Shown here: positions 46,501-56,800 of the stretch, one piece after another | Numbering within the stretch: the stretch's first letter is position 1 | Layout: each line of letters starts with the position of its first letter | Source of the DNA: Polyangiaceae bacterium | Lineage (GTDB): Bacteria > Myxococcota_A > Polyangia > Polyangiales > Polyangiaceae | Length of the DNA stretch: 64,000 nucleotides | Reading direction: 5' to 3' | Assembly (NCBI GenBank): GCA_046351325.1 | Contig: JAXLYR010000002.1 | Coordinates: 624,334 to 688,333, forward strand | Notes under the pieces: model-generated | What the model saw: the letters and a program-made list of their open reading frames with translations, nothing else | Told to the model about the DNA's origin: nothing | The model's database searches: none | Program-made: the position numbers and the translations under genes

Positions 46501-47049
46501 ATGAAAGACAAAGCGCTGGCGCTCTTCGCAGGTGTCCTCGGGATCGTCGCTGTCGGGTGTGGCAATGGAGCCGGTGGGGCGAGCAGCTCGGCCGCAACGA
46601 CGGGGACTGGCGCGAACAAGACAGCCGCGTCCTCCACGTCATCGTCGGCTGCAGCGTCGGCGTCGGCGCCGGCAACAGCCACGGAGAAGCCGGCCGCAGC
46701 GCCGGGAACGACCGCCGAGCTGCGCGCGAATGCCCAGGCCATCATGGGCGCGCTGAAGCGGGGCGACGCGAAGGCCGCGGGCGCCTATTGCAAGGGCAAG
46801 CACCACGACGCGTTCGAGAAGTACCTCGCCGAGAACATCGAGAAGAAGAGCCGCGAATGGGACAAGTGGGACGAGAAGCTCGGGGAGATCCGCGTCGACG
46901 GAGACAACGCGCGGGTCGCCTACAAGCAGAGTGACAAGGATGTAGGCTATCTATCGTTCCGGAAGATCGACGGGTCCTGGTCCCTCGACGATACGCCCTC
47001 GACCTCCAAGGCCAGTTGGGACAAGTGGGGCAAGGTCGCGACCGATTGA
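46501..47049 (+). CDS. hypothetical lipoprotein
   Basis: Start at the internal M (MKDKALALFAGVLGIVAVGCGNG), an Ala/Ser-rich linker, and a Lys/Asp/Glu-rich domain. Confidence 0.55.
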   Translation: MKDKALALFAGVLGIVAVGCGNGAGGASSSAATTGTGANKTAASSTSSSAAASASAPATATEKPAAAPGTTAELRANAQAIMGALKRGDAKAAGAYCKGKHHDAFEKYLAENIEKKSREWDKWDEKLGEIRVDGDNARVAYKQSDKDVGYLSFRKIDGSWSLDDTPSTSKASWDKWGKVATD

Positions 47050-47073
47050 CCCGTTGAGTGACATACTCGGCCA

Positions 47074-47760
47074 ATGGACTTGCTCGAGCGCGCGCGGCGT
47101 TGGCTGGATTTACTCCCGACTCGCACCGAGCTCGCGCGAATCGATCAGCCGACACGCGCCAAGCTTCGCCTCCTCGTCCACGCTGGTGAAGCTCTGGAGA
47201 ACCCCGTCGCGTCGGGTGAAGTGTTCGCGTACCGCATCGAGCTCGGCCAGGTCGAGGAGCGAGCGCGCACGAGCAAGAGCCTCGGGCTATCGCAGCTTCG
47301 AGTCGAGTCGAATGCAGCAGAGGTCGAGAGATGCTTCACGCCGACGACCGACGACCTCGTCGAATACCCCAGCGTGGTCCTCGCGAGCAGCGATCACGTC
47401 AAGGTGCTCCTGCGCGCGAACACGTATCGCCTCGTGGGCGCGGTCGAGCGCGAGGGTGCTGTCCTCGACCGAGACCACCCGCTCGCGGCCAGCATTGGTG
47501 AGGTCCCCAGCGGCCGGCTCGCCGGCTACCGAACCTTGTCGCTCTCGAGGGGTAGGTGGGTGACCTTCGTCGCGGAGCTCGTCCCATTGGACAAGGACGA
47601 CGCGCGGTACGGTTACCGTGGTGTAAGCGATGCCCCCGCCGAGGCTTGCGCACTGGAGGCTAGGCCGCTCGCGGAGGAGACTGATGGCGAGCGCGCCCCG
47701 CAGCCGATCGAGGTGCGGGAGTGGTTGGAGTTCGACCCGCTTCGCGGCTTCGATATGTGA
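47074..47760 (+). CDS. hypothetical protein
   Basis: A 228-aa ORF with balanced composition and no motif I recognise. Confidence 0.4.
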   Translation: MDLLERARRWLDLLPTRTELARIDQPTRAKLRLLVHAGEALENPVASGEVFAYRIELGQVEERARTSKSLGLSQLRVESNAAEVERCFTPTTDDLVEYPSVVLASSDHVKVLLRANTYRLVGAVEREGAVLDRDHPLAASIGEVPSGRLAGYRTLSLSRGRWVTFVAELVPLDKDDARYGYRGVSDAPAEACALEARPLAEETDGERAPQPIEVREWLEFDPLRGFDM

Positions 47761-47765
47761 GCACT

Positions 47766-48635
47766 TCAGCGGCGCATCGCTCGGATCGAAGCGTCCATAT
47801 GGTCCATGAACGCGCGGACGCGGCTGTTGGTCGTCAGCGCTCGCTGCGTGACGAGCCAGACGTCCCGCGAGAACTCGGGGGCGACGGGCCCGACGCGGAC
47901 GAGCTCGGGGTCTCGTTCGGCCTCGAAGCACGAGAGGAAGTGGGCGCCGACGCCGGCGGCGATGGCCTCTCTGACCATCGAGGTTCCGACGTCGAGGCGC
48001 ATCACGATCTCGGCGCCCGGCGCGTGCTGCGCCAGCCAATCCTCGAGCCACCGCATGTTGGGTAGGTGCTCGTCCCAGCCGAGCCACGGGTAGTCGGCGA
48101 GCTTCGCGTCGGGGCCCATTCGGTCCACGAGCGTTTTGCTCGCGAACACCGCGAACTCGATCCTGTCCACCTTGCGACCGACGAGGTCCTCGGGGGGCGT
48201 GTTCGTCATACGGAGCGCGACGTCGGCCTCGCGATGCGGCAGCGACACCTCGGCGTCGCTCGACGCGAGCGTGAGCTCGACGTCGGGGTAGCGCTCGACG
48301 AACGATCGGAACGACGCGCGATAGAGTTTGAAGAGCAGATCCATCGTCGCGACGCGGAGCGGACCGCAGAGGCGCGCGTCGCCCCCGATCACCCGAGACT
48401 CGAGCGACAGGAGCTCCTGCTCCATCCGTGAAGCGACGCGGGCGACCTCGTCTCCTTCGGAGGTGAGTACGAAGCCGTCTGGTGTCTGGTCGAAGAGTCG
48501 GGTGCCGAGCGCCTCCTCGATGCCGCGGAGCCTTCGACCGACCGTCGTGTGCGTAGCGCCCAGTCGCTCTGCAGCCTTCGTGAGCGTGCGCTCTCGAGCG
48601 ACGGCGAGCACGTAGCGAAGATCGTCCCAATTCAC
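47766..48635 (-). CDS. LysR family transcriptional regulator
   Basis: Typical LysR N-terminus after a GTG start (MNWDDLRYVLAVARERTLTKAAERLGATHTTV) and a C-terminal substrate-binding domain. The track ORF carries a 50-aa Arg-rich 5' extension. Confidence 0.8.
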   Translation of the reverse strand: MNWDDLRYVLAVARERTLTKAAERLGATHTTVGRRLRGIEEALGTRLFDQTPDGFVLTSEGDEVARVASRMEQELLSLESRVIGGDARLCGPLRVATMDLLFKLYRASFRSFVERYPDVELTLASSDAEVSLPHREADVALRMTNTPPEDLVGRKVDRIEFAVFASKTLVDRMGPDAKLADYPWLGWDEHLPNMRWLEDWLAQHAPGAEIVMRLDVGTSMVREAIAAGVGAHFLSCFEAERDPELVRVGPVAPEFSRDVWLVTQRALTTNSRVRAFMDHMDASIRAMRR

Positions 48636-48709
48636 CGGTGCGATTGTGCACGACGCCTGCACGTTTTCGAGCGTCGACCGAGGGCTCCGTCGGCCACACG
48701 TTGCCCACC

Positions 48710-49699
48710 ATGAAGGCCGCCGTCTATGAACACTACGGACCGCCGAGCGTCGTCGCGTTGCGCGAGGTGGCCGATCCCGTCCCACGCGACGACGAGCTCC
48801 TCGTCGAGGTGCGCGCGACCACCGTGAGCTCGGGCGATGCTCGACTGCGCGCGCTGCGCACGCCGCCTGGCTTCGCGCTGCTCACCCGCCTCGTGATGGG
48901 CGTCTTCGCTCCGCGCCGACGCACGCTCGGGGTCGAGCTCGCCGGCGTGGTCGCTGCGGTCGGGAGCCGCGTCTCGCGCTTCGCCGTCGGCGACGAGATC
49001 GTCGCGATGACCGGCGCGCGGATGGGCGCGCACGCCGAGCTCTGCGTGATCTCCGAGCGAGAGCCCATCGTTCACAAGCCTCGCGGCCTCACGTTCGAGC
49101 AGGCCGCGGCGCTCTCGTTCGGTGGTCACTCCGCGCTGGATTTCCTGCGCCGCGGAGCGCTCGCGCGGGGTGAGCGACTGTTGATCATCGGGGCTACGGG
49201 CGCGGTCGGATCCGCGGCCGTCCAGCTCGCGAAGCACACCGGCGCACGGGTCACCGCGGTGTGCAGCGCCGCGAACGCCGAGCTCGCGCGGTCGCTCGGC
49301 GCCGACGAGGTCATCGACTACGCGAAGAAGGATTGCCTCGCAGGCAGCGAGCTCTACGACGTCATCATGGACACCGTCGGCGACGTGTCGTTCGGGCGCG
49401 CGCGTCGTTCGCTCGCGCCTCGTGGGCGCCTCCTCTTCGTCGCCGCGGGGCTACCGACGATCCTCGCCGGGGTGGCACGAGCCCCGTTCTATGGCCAGCG
49501 CGTCGTGGCAGGCCCCGCCCTCGGGCGCGTGGAGGATTTGGCGACGCTCGCGGACCTCGCCGAGCAAGGCGTTTACACTCCTGTAATCGATCGAGTCGTG
49601 CCGTTCGCCGACATCACCGAGGCCCACGCGCGCGTCGACTCGGGGCACAAGCGCGGCAGCGTCGTCATCACGATGAGCCGCGACGGCAGTCGGGCTTGA
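48710..49699 (+). CDS. zinc-type alcohol dehydrogenase / quinone oxidoreductase (MDR family)
   Basis: Start at MKAAVYEHYG. It has GroES-like and Rossmann (LIIGATGAVGSAAVQLAK) regions. It is divergent from lysR. Confidence 0.8.
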   Translation: MKAAVYEHYGPPSVVALREVADPVPRDDELLVEVRATTVSSGDARLRALRTPPGFALLTRLVMGVFAPRRRTLGVELAGVVAAVGSRVSRFAVGDEIVAMTGARMGAHAELCVISEREPIVHKPRGLTFEQAAALSFGGHSALDFLRRGALARGERLLIIGATGAVGSAAVQLAKHTGARVTAVCSAANAELARSLGADEVIDYAKKDCLAGSELYDVIMDTVGDVSFGRARRSLAPRGRLLFVAAGLPTILAGVARAPFYGQRVVAGPALGRVEDLATLADLAEQGVYTPVIDRVVPFADITEAHARVDSGHKRGSVVITMSRDGSRA

Positions 49700-49806
49700 G
49701 CCGCTTCATCAATGCACGCGTGTCCCGTCGGGGCCTGAGCGCGGATCGGACCCCAGCGCAGGAGGGTCCATCTCTCCCCCCAAATTAATGACCTGTAGAA
49801 GGCAGG

Positions 49807-50850
49807 TCAGCCCGCGCACATGGAGAAGACGAGCCCGTCGAGGACCGCGCGGGCGGGCCGCTTGGCGCCACCCTTCATCGCGACGTCGGCGTCGGCGAGC
49901 ATCACGAGCCAGCGCGCGAGCGTGCCGCGCGGCAAGCGGCGCACGGCGGCCTGCATCGCCATCGCTTTGAACGGTGGGATGGCTGCGATCTCGGCGGCGC
50001 GTGCGGCAGGCTCGCCGTTCGCGAGCGCCTCCTCGAAGCGGGCGAGCTTGCGCACGCTCGACGCGATCGCGCCGAGGACGCGGAGCTCTTCGCGAGCGAT
50101 GTCCATCCCCTCCATCGCGCGCAGGGCCTTCGAGAGGTCGCGCGCGCAGACGGCGTCGGTGAGCTCCCAGATTGTCGCCTTCTGCACGGGGGCGATGAGG
50201 GCGACGACGGCCTCTTCGGTGAGGGGAGCGCCGGCGCCGACGAAGAGGCCCATGCGCTCGACGGCGTCGGCGGCCGCGCCGAGATCGGTGCCGAGGAGAT
50301 CTGCGGCGTGCTCGGCGAGATCGCGCGCCATCGCGTGCCCGAGGCGCCGCGCGCGATCGATGAGGAAGGGCGCCATCATTTGGGGGCGCACCGGATCACA
50401 CGTGACGATGAAGCCCGCCTTCTTCGCGAGCGTCACGAGCTTGCGTTGCGCGTGGAGCTTGGTCGCGACGAGGACGAGCACGGTGCTCGGGTTGGGGTCG
50501 GCCGCGTAGGCCGCGAGCTTGTCGAGGGGCCCGTCCTTCGAAGCCTTGGCGGGCGCGCCCTCGGCGGATTGGCCGCCGCCCCACTTGTCGAGGTTGCGCA
50601 CGAGGACGAAGCGTCGACGCGCCATCATCGGCATCGACTGCGCCGCGTCGATCACGGCCTCGACCGAGCACTCGCCCGCGGTGAATTTATCGTCGTTAAA
50701 GCCTGGAAGGCCGTCTTTCGTGGCGATCGCGCGCAGGGCACGGGTGACGGCGTCGGCGAAGTAGCCCTCCTCGCCGACGACGAGGAACACCGGGCGAAGC
50801 GCGGCTTCCGCTTTCTCATCGAGGGCGCGCAGGAGCTCGTCGGCGAGCAT
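49807..50850 (-). CDS. holA: DNA polymerase III delta subunit
   Basis: Start at the internal M (MLADELLRALDEKAEAALRPVFLVVGEEGYF). The length and N-terminal pattern match HolA. Confidence 0.7.
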   Translation of the reverse strand: MLADELLRALDEKAEAALRPVFLVVGEEGYFADAVTRALRAIATKDGLPGFNDDKFTAGECSVEAVIDAAQSMPMMARRRFVLVRNLDKWGGGQSAEGAPAKASKDGPLDKLAAYAADPNPSTVLVLVATKLHAQRKLVTLAKKAGFIVTCDPVRPQMMAPFLIDRARRLGHAMARDLAEHAADLLGTDLGAAADAVERMGLFVGAGAPLTEEAVVALIAPVQKATIWELTDAVCARDLSKALRAMEGMDIAREELRVLGAIASSVRKLARFEEALANGEPAARAAEIAAIPPFKAMAMQAAVRRLPRGTLARWLVMLADADVAMKGGAKRPARAVLDGLVFSMCAG

Positions 50851-51084
50851 GCGAGGAGGTCGCCTGGTTCGTCGCGCGCCGTCAAGTGCGAAGGTGTGTT
50901 GCCGAGCGAGGACCGAGTGAGTGGGGAGCGCTCGCTTGACCCGAGGCCACGAGGTCCTACGCTCGACGAGCCCACCCGCCGAAACCGATCGGTGGTACGG
51001 GCGTAGAAGGTAAGGCTGGATCCGCCCGAGGCGGTTCAGCGGAACCCCGAACGAACACCCAAGAAAGTTAGAGGAGAGCGGGAG

Positions 51085-51753
51085 ATGTACGTTGCCTCCA
51101 GGGCAATCCGGCCTCTGCTCCGGATCCGCGCCGAAGCTGTCGTGCCCACTCGCTTCGGCGAGTTCTCGATGATCGTCTTCAACCACCTCGAGCCCGATCC
51201 CGAGACGGGCTTGTCACCGGATCATGTCGCGCTGGTGAAGGCGCCAGGCAACGCGGTGAGCGCGCTCAATGGCAAGAGGGGCGTCCTCTGTCGCGTTCAC
51301 TCCGAGTGCCTGACGAGCGAGGTCTTCGGGTCGCTGAAGTGCGACTGCAAAGATCAGCTCGAGGCCGCGCAGAAGGAGATCGCGCGCGTGGGTGAGGGCG
51401 TCATCCTCTACCTGCGGCAAGAGGGGCGCGGCATCGGGCTCGCGAACAAGATCCGCGCGTACGAGCTCCAGTCCGAGGGGCACGACACGGTCGACGCGAA
51501 CCGCATGCTCGATTTGCCCGACGACGCGCGCGAGTACGACGGCGCGGCCGCCATGCTCGAGCACCTCGGCGTGGCGTCGATTCGTTTGATCACCAACAAT
51601 CCCCTGAAGGTCGAGGCGCTCGAGCGTCACGGGGTGAAGGTGGACGAGCGCGTCTCGAGCCTCATCCACCCGAACGCCTTCAGCCACAGCTACCTCGAGG
51701 CGAAGCGGCAGCGCATGAATCACCAGCTGCCGCACCTCACCGTCGTGCGCTAG
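51085..51753 (+). CDS. ribA: GTP cyclohydrolase II
   Basis: Zinc-binding CRVHSECLTSEVFGSLKCDC, then LYLRQEGRGIGLANKIRAYELQ and LITNNPLKV. Confidence 0.85.
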   Translation: MYVASRAIRPLLRIRAEAVVPTRFGEFSMIVFNHLEPDPETGLSPDHVALVKAPGNAVSALNGKRGVLCRVHSECLTSEVFGSLKCDCKDQLEAAQKEIARVGEGVILYLRQEGRGIGLANKIRAYELQSEGHDTVDANRMLDLPDDAREYDGAAAMLEHLGVASIRLITNNPLKVEALERHGVKVDERVSSLIHPNAFSHSYLEAKRQRMNHQLPHLTVVR

Positions 51754-51791
51754 GCGCTCATCGAGCGCTTCGCGCTCGGGGGCGCGCGGGC

Positions 51792-53210
51792 CTACTTTCC
51801 CGACGAGGCCTTGAGGCGCGCCTTGAGCTTCGAGGCGTAGCCCTCTTTGTTCTCCTGCTTCACGCGGGAGATCGCGAGGGCGTCATCGGGGATGTCGCGC
51901 GTCACCGTGGTGCCGGTCGCGACGTAGGCGCCGAGGCCGATTTTCACCGGGGCGACGAGCTGCGAGTCGCTGCCGATGAAGGCTCCGTCGCCGATGGTCG
52001 TGCGGTGCTTTCGGAAGCCGTCGTAGTTGCAGAAGATGGTGCCGGCCCCGATGTTGGCGCCCGCGCCGATGTCGCCGTCGCCGAGGTAAGCGAGGTGGTT
52101 TGCCTTCGCGCCCTTGCCGAGCACGGTCTTCTTGGTCTCGACGAAGTTGCCGATGTGCGCGCCCTCACCAATCACGCTGTCGGGGCGCACGTGTGAGAAC
52201 GGGCCGACCTGCGCGCCGCGCTCGATGCTCGACTTCGAGGCGACCGTGTACGGGAGGACGACAGCGTCCTCGCCCACGGTGACGTCGGTGAGGACCGCGC
52301 CGACGTCGATGCGCGCCCCGCTCTTCACCACCGTTGCGCCGCGCAGGACGACGCCGTGCTCGAGGATGACGTCGGGCTCGACGACGACGCTCGCGTCGAC
52401 GCGGGCCGAGCCGCGCACGGTGACCCCCGACTTGCGCAGGGCGAGGGCGCGGCGCGCGTAGAGGGCCTGCTCGGCGTCGTCGAGCTGTGCGCGATCGTTG
52501 ATGCCGACGAGCGTCGACGCGTCGTCCACCACGACGCCGACGACCGGCCCGCGGGCGCGGGCCTTTGCTACAACGTCGGTAAAGTAAAGCTCGCCCTGCG
52601 CGTTGTTCGGGGTGAGGTCGCGCACGGCCGGCCCGAGGAACGACGCGCGCACCGCGTACATCGCGGGGTTGATCTCGCGGATCTCGCGGACGGCTGGGGA
52701 GGCGTCGCGGTGCTCGACGATCGCCGAGACCTCACCCTGCTCGTCGCGAACGATGCGTCCGTAGCCCGTCGGGTCGCCGACGAGCGTCGTGAGGAGCGCG
52801 AGCGAGGCCTCGGGGCGGGCCTCGAGGGCGCGCACGAGGCGCTGCAGATCGCTCGGGCGGAGCAGGGGAGTGTCGCCGCAGAGGACGAGGACGATGCTGT
52901 CGTCGGCCGCGTCGGACAAGGCGGGGAGGGCGCATCCGACCGCGTGACCGGTGCCGCGCTGCTCGGCCTGGAGGGCCGTGCGGACGCGCGCGCTGTAGCC
53001 CTTCAGCGAGGCCTCGACCGCGCTCGCGCCGAAGCCGACGACCACGACTGCGTCGTCGATGCCCGACTCGAACGTCGCGTCGAGCACGTGATGGAGCATG
53101 GGTTTGCCCGAGAGCTCGAACAGCACCTTCGGGTGCTTGCTCTTCATCCGGGTGCCTTGTCCTGCTGCGAGCACGATGGCCGTGCTCTTCTTTGCCGTGG
53201 GCTCGGTCAT
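51792..53210 (-). CDS. glmU: bifunctional UDP-N-acetylglucosamine diphosphorylase / glucosamine-1-phosphate N-acetyltransferase
   Basis: N-terminal LAAGQGTRMKS nucleotidyltransferase motif and C-terminal left-handed beta-helix hexapeptide repeats. Start at the internal M (MTEPTAKKS); the track ORF 51792..53621 carries a junk extension. Confidence 0.9.
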   Translation of the reverse strand: MTEPTAKKSTAIVLAAGQGTRMKSKHPKVLFELSGKPMLHHVLDATFESGIDDAVVVVGFGASAVEASLKGYSARVRTALQAEQRGTGHAVGCALPALSDAADDSIVLVLCGDTPLLRPSDLQRLVRALEARPEASLALLTTLVGDPTGYGRIVRDEQGEVSAIVEHRDASPAVREIREINPAMYAVRASFLGPAVRDLTPNNAQGELYFTDVVAKARARGPVVGVVVDDASTLVGINDRAQLDDAEQALYARRALALRKSGVTVRGSARVDASVVVEPDVILEHGVVLRGATVVKSGARIDVGAVLTDVTVGEDAVVLPYTVASKSSIERGAQVGPFSHVRPDSVIGEGAHIGNFVETKKTVLGKGAKANHLAYLGDGDIGAGANIGAGTIFCNYDGFRKHRTTIGDGAFIGSDSQLVAPVKIGLGAYVATGTTVTRDIPDDALAISRVKQENKEGYASKLKARLKASSGK

Positions 53211-53286
53211 GGCGGCGCAGGCTACTCCGAGGCCCGTCTTTTCATGAAGCGAAGAAGGGCAGCCCGTGAGAGGTTCGGGCCGAAAC

Positions 53287-53739
53287 ATGCGAGCGAGACG
53301 CGGAGAAGCGAAGGACGTGCTCGACCTGCGCGCGAGGGTGCTGAGGCCGGGCCGACCCGCGAGCGACGCGCACTTCGCAGGCGACGAGCTCGCGACGACG
53401 GAGCATTGGCTGCTCGAGGATGAAGCGGGAGCGATCGTCGCAGTGACCACGCTGATGCTCGCTGCGCTGCCCGATGCGCCCGCGAGCGACGTCGAGACGT
53501 GGCAGCTCCGAGGCATGGCCGTCGAGCCCGCGCTGCAGGGAAGAGGTGCGGGGAGCGCACTCCTCATGGCGGCCCTCGATGCGTTCGATCGGGCGCGGCC
53601 TCCAGCGATAGTGTGGTGCAACGCGAGGGTCCGCGCCGAGAGCCTCTACGCGCGCTTCGGCTTCCGAGTTGTTACCGGTGTTTTCGAGATCGCTGGCGTC
53701 GGTCCGCACGTGGGGATGGTTCGAGCAATGACGCGTTGA
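53287..53739 (+). CDS. GNAT family N-acetyltransferase
   Basis: Acetyl-CoA binding motif (QLRGMAVEPALQGRGAGSALL). Confidence 0.65.
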   Translation: MRARRGEAKDVLDLRARVLRPGRPASDAHFAGDELATTEHWLLEDEAGAIVAVTTLMLAALPDAPASDVETWQLRGMAVEPALQGRGAGSALLMAALDAFDRARPPAIVWCNARVRAESLYARFGFRVVTGVFEIAGVGPHVGMVRAMTR

Positions 53740-53884
53740 CGCGCTGTGTCGATCGCTGCTCGGCGAGCTTGAGTCCCAACGCGGGGAGCGAGTGATCTAG
53801 GCTCGATGCGGTGGGTGCGGGGAGATCTCGAGCTCCGCGCTGCCCGCTCTTCCTCGGACCCCGCGCGGCTCGTACAGGCGCGGA

Positions 53885-56800
53885 GTGGAGCACCTCCTCA
53901 TGCTGAGCTTCCGTCGCTTCTCCCCTCGCGCCCGAAGGGTGTTCACCAGCGTCGCGCGCGCGATCGCGCTCTCCGGCGCGGTCGCCGCGGGCAGCGCGTG
54001 TCACGAGCCGCTCGACACTTCGCGGCCTCCTGCGGTCATCGCGACGTTCGGCGACGACCTCTACGGCGTGATGTGTGATCGGCTCGCGGCCGACCTCTTC
54101 CAAGAGGATGTGACCGGCGCCTCGTACCAAGCCGTCTGTCACTACGACGACACCGGCGCGTACGGCGACGAGATCGACGAGTCCGTTCTGCCCGCGCCGA
54201 GCAACAACGCCGCGAAGGAGGCTCGCCGCATCTCGCTCGCGAAAATGGCCGCGCTCGTGCGACGTCGCAGCGACCTCGTGAAGGCCTTCAACGCCGTGTT
54301 CCCGGACGTCGACATCGACGACCCGACGACCGAGGACACGAGCGACAAGGTGAACTTGCTCACCGCGATGATGGATCTGAGCCAGCACCTCAGCATCCTC
54401 TACGAGGAGGACCCCTACAACGACGGTCCGGTCGGCACCAACGGGCTCGCGCCGCAGGCGACGGAAGGGCTCGGCGCCGTCTTCGACTCGATGGGCAAGA
54501 GCGACGACGCCAAGGCGATGCTCACGCGGATGTGGGCGCGACGTGGTTATCGCCCCGCGAACGTCGGCCTCGGCATCGTGAGGCCGAGCCTCGACTACCC
54601 GAACCTGCGCGACTTCACGACGAACGCGGTCACGTTGCTCGGTCCTGACGGCGCCGCCGAGTGGCAGCTGAAGGGGCTGCTCGCGGTGATGAAGCAGGAG
54701 ATGGCGTACATGAAGCCCGAGATCGCGGGCTTGCCCGAGCTCGTCGTGGACAACGCGAAGGCCCAGCCGAATCGGCCGCGCACGACGATCGAGCTGCTGC
54801 GCGAGCTCATGCTGACCGAGGACGATGCGTTCGCGCCGACCCCCGAGGAGCCTGCGCGCTACATCGCCCTCCGCGATCGGCGCGGGTACGTCGTACCCGC
54901 GAGCGCTGCCACGATCTTCAGCGACAGCGACGGCGACGGGTACGCGGACGTCGATGGCTTCGGGCGCTTCGTCGACGCCGGCGGCTCACCGATCACCGTC
55001 GACACGCCGTTCCTCATCCCGGGGATCGAGCCGCTCGCGTCCGTCGACGAATACGGCCGCCCGAGCGGTGACGTCTACCGCTACGTCGACACCTCGCGCA
55101 CGCCGGCCGCGTCGCTCTCGTCGGTGCTCGCGCCGCTCCTCGATGCCACGCAGTACGCGACACCCGGCGACCCCGAGGCCTACAAGTCCGAGTACGAGAC
55201 GCTGATGTACGCGCTCGCGGGCGCGACCGTTCTGCTCGGGGATCGCGCGGACGCCGAGTACGACTTCGATCAAGACAAGGTCGTCCCGCCCGGCACGAAC
55301 TGCGAGTCGTGCATGGAGTACAGCCGCTTCCGCGGCGAGAACTCACCGCTCGTCGACCTCGCGTACGCGGCCGGCCAGCTGCTCGCGGACAAGGACTCGG
55401 ATGCGCTCTTGCTCGGGCTCATCGACCTGCTCGAGAACCACGAGAACGAGGTCGCGCGCGTGCTCGCGGCGGCGTTGCGCGTGAAGGAGATCTCGAACGA
55501 GCACGACGCGCTCGCGGCGCAGGGCCAGCTGCCGGCTGCGGGCCTGCCGTACGAGAATCCCCTCTGGGATCAGGCCGCGCAGGTCATCTCGCAGATCGCG
55601 GAGTCGCCGGGGCTGCTCGACGATCTGCTCGGCGCGCTCGCCGATCCCGTCGTCGTCACACCCATCGGCGGCTCGCAGCACATGGGCGAGACGCTCTCGC
55701 TCTTCGCGAGCACGCGCGACGGGATGACGTACGACCAGAACGACCTCAACGGGCCCGCGCTGAACACGACGGACGGCGGCTTCTCGACGGCGGACCCACA
55801 CAACCCCGTCGATTGGAACGCGGCGCGCACTGGGACGAACCGCTCGATCCTCGAGAAGTCGGTGCAGCTCATCCACGACGCCGCGTACGCGCGCACCTGC
55901 AACAAGGACGGCGCCGTCGTGAAGGCCGCACTCGGCCCCTTCACGATCGACTGGCCGATCACGGGCAGCTACGGCCAATGCGAGCTGCTCGAGATCAACG
56001 ACCTCGCGGTCCTCTACTTCGGCGCGGTGCTCGACCCGAGCCACCCGAAGCGCACCGAGTTCGTCCTCAAGGACGGCACGCTGAACGACATCATGGACTT
56101 CCTCGGCGTGTTCGGCGCGAACGAGGACGACCTCATGCAGCAGTCGAGCGGCATCGACGGCCTCACGACGCACCCGGGCCCGTCGGCGCTCAACCGGCTC
56201 GTATTCTTCGGCACGGACAGCGACGTCTACGGGGGCATGCCCGATCGCGACTTCACCAACGCGGGGTCGACGACCGACGAGTTCGTCTTCGGCCTGATGG
56301 AGCCCGCGGCGACCAGCGTCTGCACCGGCATCACGTGCTCGAGCGTGAACGACACGATGCGCATCCGCCTGCGCAACTCGATCTTCACGTGGGAGCGCCG
56401 CGGCTTCCTCGACTACCTGCGGCCTGTCATCACGGCGTTCGTCAACGTGAGCTGCAGCGACGACGTCACGATCTGCGACAAGACCGACTTCACCGGCGAG
56501 CACATGTTCCTCGACCTCGCCGACGTCTTCTGGTCGCACTACGAGGGCTCCGATCACGGCCCCGAGTGCAGCACCACCGTGGCGAAGACCGATCGGCGCT
56601 ACTGCAGCGGGGCCGGCCTCAACCGCTACGAGCCCATCCTCGACAAGGCCCTGCGCACCGACATGATCCCGGCCCTGCACGAGTTCGCGGTCGCGGTGCA
56701 CGACCTCTCGCAGGTGACGATCCAGCGCGGGCCGAAGGCAGGGCAGACGCTCACGGGCTCGCAGATCATGGAGATGACGGCGCGCATCCTGTTGAGCCAG

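Noticed and set aside
50851-51084. Possible FMN riboswitch (RFN element) upstream of ribA
   Set aside because: I could not find the conserved RFN core (paired GGAUG / CCGACAG-type segments and the GUGAAAUUCC box). Only short GC hairpins are present, so it is not called.
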